Shown here in pieces: positions 1-12,859 of a stretch of 64,000 nt of DNA. Position numbers and translations under genes: made by a program. The DNA lies in assembly GCA_963693365.1 (NCBI GenBank), contig CAVNZM010000007.1, positions 8,553,962 through 8,617,961 of the forward strand. Direction: 5' to 3'. The notes under the pieces are model-generated. The model ran no database searches and was not told where the DNA came from. It saw only the letters and a program-made list of their open reading frames with translations. Numbering within the stretch: the first letter of the stretch is position 1; each line of letters opens with the position of its first letter. Source of the stretch: Amoebidium appalachense (taxonomy: Eukaryota > Protista > Ichthyosporea).

Positions 1-1303
1 CCACACACTGCTGCAGAACCCCAAGCACAAGCTCCCCTACAGGCAACCGACTAGGTGCCCCCGCCGCATACACTGCAAAAATGAAGAAGAAGAAGAAGAA
101 GAAAAAGAAGAAGAAGAAGGGGGAAACAAAGACAGTCAGTACGACGAGAAAACAAACACGTGCGCACTCACAGGCAGAGGGGTAAGGCAGATACGAAACA
201 ACTTGTTACGATCCCCATCTGACTATATAAAACACTCAAAGAAAAACACCAAGTCAGTACAATGAGCGCATATACACGCGCACAGATACCCAAAGAGAAC
301 AAACAGTAAACCGTTACGACCCCCACCCAAATGATTAATCTTCTGACAATCCTACACATGGTTATCTCTATGAGAAAACGATGGTTTTGTGATCGAAAAG
401 GCCCCAAAACACGAAACCGCTCTCACCCACATAACCCCCATAAATCAGATGACCGCTGAGAGGTAGATCTGACGAGACTCTCGAGAGGGTCAGTGGAAAT
501 AGGGTATGCATTCCGGAGGCCGCCGCAGGGGGAGGGGGGGGGGGGGGGGGGTTTGAATGCGGAACACGGTACGAAGTACGCATACACGATGAGAAGCATC
601 GTGCAGGACACATGCAAAGGCAAACATTCAAGTATGCAACATCATCCATGCGCACAGTATGCGTCATAAGCAGAGCCCATCCTCAGGGAGGGCCCAAGTC
701 ATCAATTGCGTCTGAGTTTCGACCCCCTAGCCCGCGTATATACGACTCTCCAACTCAGACAGCAGCATCAACTGAACATGGGAGGGTCAACCCGTCTTGA
801 TCAAAGACGAGCAGGGTTGCTTATGCAAGCAAGGTAAAAAACGGTGAAGATGTGAGTGCAAACTAATGCAGTGCAGCGAAAAATGTGTATGTGCTTACAG
901 ATGCACGACACAGAGCAACCATGCCCGGTTGCATGGAAGTAAAGCGGTCTCCACACAGTGGTCTGTCCTGAAAGGACACCTTTGAAAGAAGACTGGGGGG
1001 GTTTGAATGCGGAACACGGTACGAAGTACGCATACACGATGAGAAGCATCGTGCAGGACACATGCAAAGGCAAACATTCAAGTATGCAACATCATCCATG
1101 CGCACAGTATACGTCATAAGCAGAGCCCATCCCTCAGGGAGGGCCCAAGTCATCAATTGCGTCTGAGTTTCGACCCCTTAGCCCGCGTATGGGGGGGGGG
1201 GGGGGGGGGAGAGAAGGGGGGGTTACAGTGTAGAAAGTACATATTCATGAATCTCAACACAATGCAGAAAGCTAAGCACGAATGAAGAGTGTGGATCATC
1301 CGA

Positions 1304-1336
<33 letters not shown>

Positions 1337-1648
1337 GAACACCTGGCCTGAAAGCAAACCTGTGGTTGCACAGCTCGCAGTACTGCTTCTTGCTGTGCTG
1401 CAGCCATTGTTCGAGACTGCAAAAAGAAACACGGGGTGAGGCAAAGGAACTGTTCATGCAGCATGTGAAGGTGTGACTACATAGAACAGCGGAAACCACG
1501 TCTGCAAACTTCCAGGGGGACAAACCCACACATCCCCCCCCCCCCTTCCCCACCACTACCACCACCACCACCACCACACGCACACACACCACAAGGTGAC
1601 TCCAGGACAGCAACACACACATACGAACACATAACATCTGACAATGTA

Positions 1649-1719
<71 letters not shown>

Positions 1720-2381
1720 TGTGGGCCAACGACAACTGCCCTTCGCCCATCCAATTTCCTTCTATCCCCCATAGTCGTTTCTAGTGAACTACAAGTACGT
1801 GTGGTACAGGCAACCGAGCATGAAATACAACGTAGGTAGGAAACAAAGAAACGCTGAGCAAGTGGGCAAAAGAGCGAGGAAGCTGGAGCATGTCCGTGTG
1901 TCCGTGTCCGTGTTCGTGTCCGTGTGTGTGTGTGTGTGTGTTGTGTGTGCGTGCGTTTGTGTGTGTGCGTGCGTGTGTGCGCACACGAGCGCGGGCGCGC
2001 GCGCGCGCGCAAGCGCGTGTATGTGCTTGCCTGTGCCTGCAAGTTAGTGTGTGCATGTCTGTGTAATGTGTGTGTTATGTGTGTCTACACGTGATACGTA
2101 CACACACGGGGGAAAGGGGGACAAGAGGAACAGGAAACAAGCATAAGACATAGAAATAGCTTAATGCACAAGCACATTTTCTGCTCTGTTGTAAGCCCAT
2201 TACAGCTCAGCGTGCATATACTTGCCTTCCATTACACACGCACGACACATGCTAGCAAGGTACCAAGAACAGAGTAATGGATTTGTAGTAGAGTCATGCT
2301 TGTCAAATCAAAACCACCTCCCCTCTCCCCCTGAAGAACCCAACTCCAACTCCAATTTTCGTTCCACCTCAGCTCAACACC

Positions 2382-2429
<48 letters not shown>

Positions 2430-3034
2430 AAAAAAACACACACACACACACAAAAGAAAAAAAAAATAGAAAAAAAAAAATAAAAAGCACGCACCAACAC
2501 AACAGTTCTGATGAGTACCTCCCCGTCCTCCTCCTCCCCCCTTAACCCCCTCCCCCTCCCCCTCCCCCTCCCCCCTACATCCACAAATCCCTCTCCATCC
2601 CTCGTTCCCATGATTTCAGCAGGCATAAACATACCATTCCTGGTGAATATACTTGATGCTGCCCGTGCACAGGCACGGGTAAAACAGTGGCTTCTCCCTG
2701 CTGCCCTCACTGCGGCAGAACCGGCAGATATCCTCTGCTGTGTGCACATGCACGGTGAGTGAAAACACAAAGAAAGGAGTGCTTTCTCCAGTATACCCGC
2801 TTGGAAACCAACTCCACTAGTGTCCACAACCCAGAGAGGAGGAACAAGCCCACCAGAAAAGAACAAACAAACATCAGGCCAATGCACAGTGATAACAGGC
2901 AATATCAAACGTTACACATTACACATTCCTTGTGCGAGTACCGGGCGGCTTGTGCACTCCTGAATCACTCGTTTAAAAAAAACCCTTTCCAAACTGCAAA
3001 ACGACGTTGCCCTACCTTCCTCGTCTGCCATCAT
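1..3034 (-). CDS. MARCH6: E3 ubiquitin ligase MARCH6/Doa10 (RING-CH), 5' part; gene continues beyond window start
   Basis: GT-AG exons 3034-3016, 2737-2635, 1416-1343 and 72-1 splice in phase to [76 protein letters not shown]. This is a C4HC3 RING-CH domain followed by the MARCH6-type P-x-Y..P.RLP motif. Confidence 0.93.
552..1190 (-). mobile_element. G-tract-inserted structured repeat, subfamily A: one full 450-bp unit plus a truncated second unit, in MARCH6 intron 3
   Basis: TTTGAATGCGGAACACGG starts at 552 and again at 1002. G tracts flank both ends. Near-identical to the reverse complement of 7503-8804 and to 38871-39261. Confidence 0.85.
1223..1304 (-). repeat. Diverged short relic of the G-tract element (subfamily B-like)
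   Basis: Lies between two G tracts and shares AAAGTAC, AACAC(A/G)ATGCAGAA and AAGAGT, in order, with 13075-13160. Confidence 0.4.
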
Positions 3035-4510
3035 GCTGTCATCCGCCCTGCTGATCGGCTTTTACAACACTCAAAACAGCAGGTTCCCGGTATCTGTGTG
3101 CGGAGGTAGTAAATGCGTAAAATCTACTGTGAACAGGGTACAAAGCCCAGACTTCGGTGGTGGTTACAAGATGCCACCTCAAGACAAGGACACCGTAATC
3201 AGAAACGAAATGCCTCAGAACAGCTCAGTGCCTCCACGGCAGAGCAACATAGCTCCCCACACTGACCATTCAGGCCACATATATGAGTGTACTGCGAGAA
3301 AGTGGTACTTGTGCACGACAGGCCACTGTTACTTGCGCCTCTGCTCTCCAAACCCGTTTCCTACCACTTCCCCCCTCCCCCTCTTCCCCCCCCCCCCCCC
3401 CCTAGCCCCCCCTCGCCCCGGGGTTGCCCCACCCACCCATCCCCCGGCACAAAGAATCTTCCCCCAAACCCCTTCACGGTCCACCCACCGCCGTTCTCAA
3501 CCCCCTTCCTTCCCCCCACCCTCCCCCGCCACTTTCTTCTTAAACTTCCACTCCTTCCCCTCTCCACCTCCCACCAACCCTCTCGCACTTAAGGTGCCCA
3601 AAGAGACAACTACCGCCGTGAAAAAAGCCATGCACACGTGCACTGCGACCAACTAGAACAGCAGGGGCGGTCTGCTTGAAGGCAGCAGGCAGGTAGGTCG
3701 GCTCAGCAACCAACATGTGTATATCCTAGTAGAACACCATTGCAACAGCACCACCAGGCACACAATTTTCATAATTTGCTTCAACATCTGTGCAGGGTTA
3801 ACTACGAGGATGAATTTGAACCTTTGGTGTCACCCGCATATGATAAACAACCAGAACACCCGAATCTCAACGTCCTACGAGAGGGGTGGCAAAAAACAAT
3901 GCTTGACGTCTTCAGACACAGCCACAAGCACATCTCTAACAAGCAAAGGGCGTACCTTTAGGCGACACACTTGCTTTCCCCAAGGATGAGAATCTGCCAG
4001 CACTAGACTGGCTGCTACGCTGTCGCATACACTGTGGAAATTGTAGAGCGCACACGAAGCGAAGCCAGATGGTGTTCGTCACAAAAGTGGACCAGAAAAA
4101 TTCCGCCTCAAAGCACTCAGAGTTGTTGTTTCGTGCGAATTCACTGACAGAGCTAATGCTCATTCAAAGCCAACCCGAAACCTTTTCTGACAATCAATCC
4201 CTCCACGTCCACACCTGGAAAGGTTGACATCCAGGCAAATGTTGCCACTTTGAACCTATGTACTTGTCCATCAATTTGTAGTCGACTCTTTGAAATCGCT
4301 AAACCTGCACCACAAAAAAGCGCTGCCCTTTCCCTTCACTAGTACTAATTCAAGTTGTCCATGTATCTTTGCTCTTTCTGCTTTCTTTTCTGCTTTGTCT
4401 GTACAAGCAATTAAACCTACCGACGCATCAAACATGCTTCCTTGGGCCTTGTGTCTGTGTGCCGCTTTCTCAAGTTCGGCCGGTTCATCATGATGTCGAA
4501 GAAACCAACA

Positions 4511-4570
4511 TGACGTCATCTTGGATATAAAAGGCGGAATATGAGATAGTCTGTGCATATAATGACGTCA
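4511..4570. promoter_or_regulatory. Two perfect CRE/ATF palindromes (TGACGTCA) in the divergent MARCH6/TRAPPC4 intergenic region
   Basis: TGACGTCA at 4511-4518 and 4563-4570, about 440-500 bp upstream of the TRAPPC4 ATG. Function is inferred. Confidence 0.35.
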
Positions 4571-5007
4571 CACATGTGATCTTTTGGTCATCCTAGTGAG
4601 TCTTTGTTTTTTTATAAGCAGGTAATGAAGTTCTATATGTAGACTAATATCCAGAAATACAGATAAGCGATCGTTGTTGTCCTGCATATCTCGTCCCAAA
4701 GGCAGAGAAAACGAAAACCACGTAAAGCATACTTCGCAATTCAACACAACTATTTTAGGAGTTACTTGTTTACAGGCCTGCTTATGTTTCAATAGCAGGA
4801 ATATAACCACAGTATAGTGTGTTCGGGATTTACAGGCTTCGGTTTATTCTGCAAGTGCGACGTTAACAATGAGATGAGCGTTTAATTGTGCGTGACCACT
4901 TTTTTGTTAGCGATCACTGCTTGTTTCATTCCCCCCCTTCCACACCCAACCCAGCTGAACAAGGAACACCCCAGTTAGTTCAGTTGCCTATATTACTTGT
5001 ATCCACC

Positions 5008-5924
5008 ATGCCCATCTATAGTGTTTACGTTATCAACAAGGCCGGGTCCCTCATCTACCATCAAGCGTTTGGGAACGCACCAAAGCTCCCAACCAACGAA
5101 ACCATTTTCCTGGCTTCGATGTTTCACGGGTGGGTGTTTACCTGGCATACATGAGCGGTTCTATCAACGCTGTTAGTCTTTTGTGTCTTTTTCGAATCGC
5201 CCAATTGATGATTTTTAGACGGCAGATGTGCTACCACGTTATCCCTTCTTCTGTGCCAGAATTGCTTGAGCTCTCTGCCAGTCGTTCTACTGCAATACAC
5301 GTCTTTATCTACAGCGCCTGTTTCGACCACTTTTTTCGCCACTTGTTCTCTCCCAGGTTTTTAGTTTCTACCGTTTCATCCTGCTTTCCCTACATCTTTC
5401 TCCCCGTGAGCCCCGGTGCGCCTCCTTCCCCCCCCCCCCCTCCCCCTCCTCCTCCTCCTCAGGCCCCCCTTCCTCCCTTCCTGTTCCGGGATCTCTCTCT
5501 GCTTTCTGTCTGTTCTTTTGCATGTCCTTGAAGGTATGGAAATATGTTCTATGTTGCCGTCTGTATTGCTCCGGCTCACTTTCCTGCTTTGTAGCTGGGG
5601 TCTTTAGACCCTCTCCCGCGTACTTACTCATCTCTCTCCCTCCCTCCCTCGCTCCCTCTCTCCCTCCCTCCCCCCCCCCCCCCCCCCCCCTCCCCCCCCC
5701 CTCTCTCACCCCCTCTCCCTCCCCTCCCCCTCCCTTCCTGCCCCTCCCCTGCTTCCCTTTTCACACCCCGTTCCTACCCCTTCCTGTCATCTCCCCGTCC
5801 CTGCATCGCCTGGCCATGCGTACATTTTTCCTTGCTTTTTGTTGTCTTACCTTTCGTCTCCTCCTCCCCTACCCTCCTTGTGCTATTTCTTAGCACTCCG
5901 TACCTAAACCGCATCCTCCCTCCC

Positions 5925-5955
<31 letters not shown>

Positions 5956-8900
5956 AGGAAAAAAAAAAAAAAAAGAAAGAAAGAAAGAAAGAAAGAAAGA
6001 AAAGAAGGAAAAGGAAAAGAAATGGCAGGACACCAACGAAACAAGAAAGAAAGAAAGAAAGGAAAAGAAAAAGAAATGGCAGGACACCAACGAAACAGAG
6101 ATAGAAGGGGGGGGGGGGGGGGGGGGGGAAGCAACCCCCTCTCCCTTCTCCCCCCTCGATGTCCACATACACAAATATGGTATGTCCCCCCTCCCCCCCC
6201 CCCCCCACACACACACACACATACACACACATCACACACACACTCACACACTCACTCACTCACTCACTCACTCACTCACACATCACACACACACACACAC
6301 ACAAACACAAACACAAACAAACACACTCACACTCACACACACAATACTCACCTGTGTGTGTGTTGCTTCCTTGCCATCCATGTATTCATGTTTTGTTGTA
6401 TTTGATGGATGAAAGCTGCCAATGCATGTGCATGCAACCCCCTTCCCCCCAATCCCCCCAACCCCCCAACCCCCTCCTTTTTTTTTTTTTTTTTTTTTTT
6501 TTTTCTTTTTTTTGTTTGTGGTGTGTTCTCACATGGTTGTTTATCTGCAGTCTGTATGCCATCACGGCCAAGGTGGCACCGACCAAGCGGTCGGGGGGAA
6601 TAGAGGTGCTGGAGGGGGATACGTTCAAGTTGCACTGCCTGCAGACACAGACCGGTATGCGGGGGGATATATATCTTCTACGGCAAATAGTTTTTTTCCT
6701 TTCTCTCTCTCTCTCTTTTTTTCCCCCTTTCCCCCCCTACTGATAATATTTCTTTTTTCTTTTCCTCTCTCTCTTTCTTTTCTTTTCTTTTTTCGCCAAC
6801 TCCCCGCACTGCCCTTTTTTTTTTTTTTTTATTGCTTATGTGTTTTGTGTTGTGTGGTGGATTAGCTTATGTGTGGGGCGAATGGGACGCAGGGATGTTT
6901 CAATGAGTGGATATGGGGCTGTATTTGTGTCCGTGTGTGCTTGTCGGTAGGTGGGTGTGTGTTCTTGTGTGTGTGTGTGTGTGTCTGCACGTATGCTTGT
7001 TTCGGGTCAAAAAGGGGACACCCCCGTCGTTACTGAAGGCTAGCTCGTGTGTTTCTTGGTGGAGGCGTAAACGAATGTTGTGGTGAGGTGGTTTTTGGTT
7101 TGTTTAATTTGTTTGTTTGTGTGTGTGTGTGTGTGTGTGTTTGCCGGGGGGAGGGGAGGGGGGGGGAGAGAGAAGGCTGGATAGGTATGCTAGAAACGAC
7201 TGGTCTTTTTTGTGTCGACTTGTGTGTGGGGTGTCAAGCATGTGTGTGGGTGTGGGTTATTGGTGAGTTTGTATGTGTGTGGAATGTGTGTGTGTACATC
7301 TGTGTGCATGTTAAATTTTCAGGTTGCCCTAGGTTTGTGGTATGCTGGGGACCCGGTGTGCAAGGAGAGAGACAAGAGCTAGGAGCCTGTGGTTTTGTTT
7401 GGTTGTTTTTGCTTCGGTTTACAAGGGCGTGAACATATTGCATGCTGCTTGGTTTTGTCATGTTGTCGGTACTGTTGCATCCCCCCCCCCCCCCCCCCCC
7501 CCCGCTTTACTTCCATGCAACCGGGCATGGTTGCTCTGTGTCGTGCATCTGTAAGCACATACGCATTTTTCGCTGCACTGCTTTCGTTTGCACACACATC
7601 TTCACCGTTTTGCTCACCTTGCTTGCATAAGCAACCCTGCTCGTTTTTGATCAAGACGGGTTGACCCTCTCAAGTTCAGTTGATGCTGCTGTCTGAGTTG
7701 GAAAGTCGTATATACGCGGGCTAAGGGGTCGAAACTCAGACGCAATTGATGACTTGGGCCCTCCCTAAGGATGGGCTCTGCTTATGACACATACTGTGCG
7801 CATGGCTGATGTTGCATACTTGAATGTTTGCCTTTGCATGTGTCCTGCACCATGCTTCTCATCGTGTATGCATACTTCGTACCGTGTTCCGCATTCAAAC
7901 CCCCCCAGTCTTCTTTCAGAGGTGTCCTTTCAGGACAGACCGCTGTGTGGAGACCGCTTTACTTCCATGCAACCGGGCATGGTTGCTCTGTGTCGTGCAT
8001 CTGTAAGCACAACGCATTTTTCGCTGCACTGCTTTCGTTTGCACACACATCTTCACCGTTTTGCTCACCTTGCTTGCATAAGCAACCCTGCTCGTTTTTG
8101 ATCAAGACGGGTTGACCCTCTCAAGTTCAGTTGATGCTGCTGTCTGAGTGGAAAGTCGTATATACGCGGGCTAAGGGGTCGAAACTCAGACGCAATTGAT
8201 GACTTGGGCCCTCCCTGAGGATGGGCTCTGCTTATGACACATACTATGCGCATGGCTGATGTTGCATACTTGAATGTTTGCCTTTGCATGTGTCCTGCAC
8301 CATGCTTCTCATCGTGTATGCGTACTTCGTACCGTGTTCCGCATTCAAACCCCCCCCCCAGTCTTCTTTCAGAGGTGTCCTTTCAGGACAGACCGCTGTG
8401 TGGAGACCGCTTTACTTCCATGCAACCGGGCATGGTTGCTCTGTGTCGTGCATCTGTAAGCACATACGCATTTTTCGCTGCACTGCTTTCGTTTGCACAC
8501 AAATCTTCACCGTTTTGCTCACCTTGCTTGCATAAGCAACCCTGCTCGTTTTTGATCAAGACGGGTTGACCCTCTCAAGTTCAGTTGATGCTGCTGTCTG
8601 AGTTGGAAAGTCGTATATACGCGGGCTAAGGGGTCGAAACTCAGACGCAATTGATGACTTGGGCCCTCCCTAAGGATGGGCTCTGCTTATGACACATACT
8701 GTGCGCATGGCTGATGTTGCATACTTGAATGTTTGCCTTTGCATGTGTCCTGCACCATGCTTCTCATCGTGTATGCGTACTTCGTACCGTGTTCCGCATT
8801 CAAACCCCCCCCCCCCCCCCCCCCCCCGCGCGGACGAAAAAAAAAAATGAAATGAAATAGAAAAATATGAACGAAATAAATAAAAAAATAAAGAGAAAAG

Positions 8901-9232
8901 CCGTCAAAAAATAAACGAAAAAAAAAAATCACCCACAGACATGAGAGCACGCACACTCCCTGGGGGAGGGGGGGGGGGGGGGGGGGGGGGGGGTACTAAC
9001 TCCAACATGTGAATTTGCAGGGACCAAATTCCTCGTCATCACAGACCCCAAGCAGAATAACTTGGATGCCATACTGCGCGGCCTTTACATTCTCTATGCC
9101 GACTATGCGCTCAAAAATCCGTTTTATTCAATGGAAAACCCCATTCGTTGTGAGCTTTTTGATTTGAACATTGCCGATTTTATCGACAGAATAGAGTCGT
9201 CGCCTTTTGGTGCAGTGCCACAGCTTTATTAA
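5008..9232 (+). CDS. TRAPPC4: TRAPP complex subunit 4 (Trs23/synbindin, longin fold), 3 exons, ~145 aa
   Basis: Exons 5008-5129, 6551-6654 and 9021-9232 are in phase: [17 protein letters not shown]...[19 protein letters not shown]...[29 protein letters not shown]...[28 protein letters not shown] canonical TACTAAC branch point lies at 8994-9000. Confidence 0.95.
7503..8804 (+). mobile_element. G/C-tract-inserted structured repeat, subfamily A: head-to-tail array of ~2.9 units (7503-7899 partial, 7900-8349, 8350-8804) in TRAPPC4 intron 2
   Basis: Three near-identical 450-455 bp units, each ending CCGCATTCAAA followed by a C run. Long poly-C flanks both sides of the array. Confidence 0.9.
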
Positions 9233-9260
9233 AGCTCACGTGCACGCGCGCGCGCGCGCG

Positions 9261-9315
<55 letters not shown>

Positions 9316-9480
9316 CGCACACACACAGTCGCACACCAAGGGCTGCAGGCTATAGGGGTGTTCACGTTCAATGCATCTTTCCATCATGATCATTTGCACC
9401 TCATGATCAGGATCCCCGTATATATAGTCCTCGAGTATAGGAATCGATCATCACGCTTTTCCCCCCTATCATGAACACAT

Positions 9481-9545
<65 letters not shown>

Positions 9546-10722
9546 AAGAGATTAGATACCAACCGAATGATGCTTCCATTTAGCCTGGGAGCTGGTCTCC
9601 CATGGTAACGTTAAGTGTTGTGCTGTGCACAAAACATAAACCCGAATATAGAAAAGCCCATAAAATGAACCGAAAGGTGTGTGTGGGACTGTGGGGTTGT
9701 GGCCTACACATAATGCATACGGTGCTGTGCATTTATCATTCAAAATATACACCAGCCTCACATGCGACACGGAACAAAACTCGCGCGCATTGTGGTACAG
9801 CATGCGACCAAGAAACTAGGGCGTTTTTACAAGGATTGCATTTTGTAAAATATTTATTGTGTTCGTTTCAATTGGTTCGGGCACTGCCCGGCATACGCAT
9901 GAATCCTTTGCCAGGTTAAAGCTTGAACATCTATGATCTGTCATACATGCATGCATACACCTAGCTATATGTGGCGACTGCCCGTTCCGGGCTTGTGCAT
10001 GTTGGAAGTGTCACGAATGCAATCTCAAATCATACTAAGCTAGACAAGTCTCAGAAAAAGACTTTTTGTTCGGTGTTGGCTTAACGAAACCGTAAGAACA
10101 ATGAAAGGGAGGGGAAGGTATTCTGGAAGGTGGTGTGTGCGTGTGCGTGTGCATGTGTGTGTTTGTGTGTGTGCGTGTGCGTGTGCGAGTGTCAGGGGGA
10201 ATGCTTGTCATTAGTGGGTTTCTCATTGCATTAGTGGGTTTCTCATTGCATGTATACAAATGACCAAAGTACAGGTCAAATATTATCGATCCCAGGAGAA
10301 CGTTATGTTGTATGGTGCATTTAGGGTCTGTAAATAGGTCTTAGCCAAACCTCATGATCACTCTGTTAGTCATTCATGTTCACAACCGAATATGCCCGTG
10401 AGCTGTGTGCCGTGTGTGTGTGCATGTGTCTTTGTGTGCCCACTCGCAATGTGTGTCGGTGCACACATACATGTGTGTATATGTCCGCCTGTGCGCGTGT
10501 GTCTCTGTGTACGTGTGTGGTGTATGTATGTACGTGTGGTGTGTGTATGTGTGTGTGTGTGTGTGTGTGTGTCTCTGTGTGTACGTGTCTGTGTGTCTGT
10601 GTGTGAGCGTGTGTGTAGTGCATGCATGTGTGTACTTGCACATACGCTTCAGAACTAAAAAGTTAACCAGCGATCGTACATTTATCACGACACCGCCCTA
10701 AGCCAAACACACCACAGGCCTG

Positions 10723-10898
10723 CTATCTGTCTTCGGGCAGTGGGGGCACGGACATCTCCTTTGCTGCCGTATCGATGGCCATATTGACCAGCTGCGTGCT
10801 GAACGTGTCCTCGGGGTTGAGCGCTAACGCCTGTGTGTGTGTGTGTGTTTTGGCATAGGGAGGAGAGAAGAAGGGGGCCGGGGGGGGGGAGGTGTGTG

Positions 10899-10952
<54 letters not shown>

Positions 10953-11036
10953 GGGGGGGAGGGGGAGGGGGGGGGGGGGGGGGGAGGAGTGTTCATGAAT
11001 GAGTATGTGGATGTGCTTGTTTCTGTGTTGGGGGCG

Positions 11037-11111
<75 letters not shown>

Positions 11112-11246
11112 CGTGTGTATGTGTGTGTGTGTGTGCGCGCGCGTGCGTGCGTGTACGTGTGTATGTACGTAAGTGTGTGTGTCTGTACATGAGAGGATGC
11201 GTGTGCATGTGTGTGTGTGTGTGTTCATGTGTGAATATGCATGTGC

Positions 11247-11306
<60 letters not shown>

Positions 11307-11829
11307 TTTGTTGACGTGTGTTTTTGTATGTGTGTTCTAACGCATGTGTGTGCGTGCACGTGAGTGTGTATTTGTGTGTGTGCCTGTGTGGTCAACAGGC
11401 TTTTGCGTGCATATGTGGCAGACTGTGTAAGCATGTGTGTCTGAGTTGCCAGTGTACATGTGTGTGGGTAGTGGTATGTCTGATGACAGCCAATAAGGAG
11501 GCCGCAAGGGCCTCTAGCACGTGTGTGGTGGTGGTGGTGGTGGGTGGGTGAGTGGGTGGGTGGGGGCGGAGGAGGAGGGGGGCTGAGCCTGCACGGCCCA
11601 TGCAATAACTTTGTGTGACTAATCAAAATACACGAGCACACACCGTATGATAGCGCCTGATGGCGGCATTCATATTTCCCATCATATGGTGGCTGTATGC
11701 TAGTGCCGCATGGGTGCCTGCCCTCCTTGGCTGGTAGCTCAGCGCCTCCTCATAACAGCCCACCGCATCACGGTAGCGCCTATGTAATGACTGTTAGCTG
11801 CTGGGTAAAAAAAAAAAAAAAAGAGGGAT

Positions 11830-11864
<35 letters not shown>

Positions 11865-12029
11865 CTTATGGGCCTATAGTTGGGTGGGTGTGATGCATGC
11901 AGGAGGGGAAAAGGGGGGAGGGCGAGGGAGGGGGGGGCATGCGAGAGGTGTTAAAAAAAGGGGGGGGGGGGGGGAAGGGGGGAAGGGGGCTTATGGTTGT
12001 GTAGGTGCGATGCATGCAGGGGAAGGTGT

Positions 12030-12064
<35 letters not shown>

Positions 12065-12480
12065 TGCGAGAGGTGTGTGCAGGTACTGTGGGTTCAAGGA
12101 AACATGTGCATGGCATGCATGGGTGTCACTAGCACCCGTGTTGTGATGGGAGCATGCAAAAGGGACATTGCAAAAGAGAAAGCTCGATACAGAAATACGG
12201 CCAAAATTCTATCAATACTATATGATGAGCTTTCTGACCAACAGGCCACACCGGATTGGTCATTGAGAACGACACACGATCGAATTCTTACTAACAAATA
12301 CCGACTAGATAAGACTGTGTATGCACGTGCATGCCCTCACCCGAGGTTTCTGTAAGTGTGGCCCATGTTGGAGAGGATGGCTTCTAGGAGATCGTGACTG
12401 TCCGGTGTGGCCGCATATTTGGCCGTAAGTTGCCGGCAGAGTTCAAGTGCTCTTTGTAGGCTCAGAAGCGCTTTCTCGTA

Positions 12481-12523
<43 letters not shown>

Positions 12524-12822
12524 AGGGGCGGGGGGGGGGGGGGGGGGGGGGGGGGGGGTATGTGTGTGAGCGCGAGCATGGGCCTTAGCACAAGTGCACG
12601 CATCCAGATATTCTTGCGTGCGGTGCCCGTGCATGTTTGTGTATGTGTATTTTTTGGCGGGGTGGTTTGCAAAGACAGGCATGGGTGTGGTGGGTGGCAG
12701 GGCAGTGTGTGTGTGTGTCTGGTGACCTCCTCCAGGAATCAAATATGTAATGAAAAAGGATAAAGAATACCATGACAGCAGAGCAAAACGGAAACACCTT
12801 TTTTTTTTTTTTTTTTTTTTGT

Positions 12823-12859
<37 letters not shown>

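Noticed and set aside
665-825. Element core as a canonical type I-III hammerhead, HDV, twister, pistol, group I/II intron or C/D snoRNA
   Set aside because: By eye, strand order and consensus motifs do not fit these models. The UGAUGA box is not conserved in subfamily B (GGAUGA). Only the scrambled-hammerhead hypothesis is retained.
6010-6099. Short duplication AAAAGAAATGGCAGGACACCAACGAAACA x2
   Set aside because: Local slippage within an A/G-rich intronic tract, with no further copies seen.
7784-8569. ORFs in the 450-bp repeat (MTHTVRM..., MPLHVSC...) as a protein family
   Set aside because: Frames are broken by indels between near-identical copies and are not kept in subfamily B. Conservation follows base pairing, not codons.
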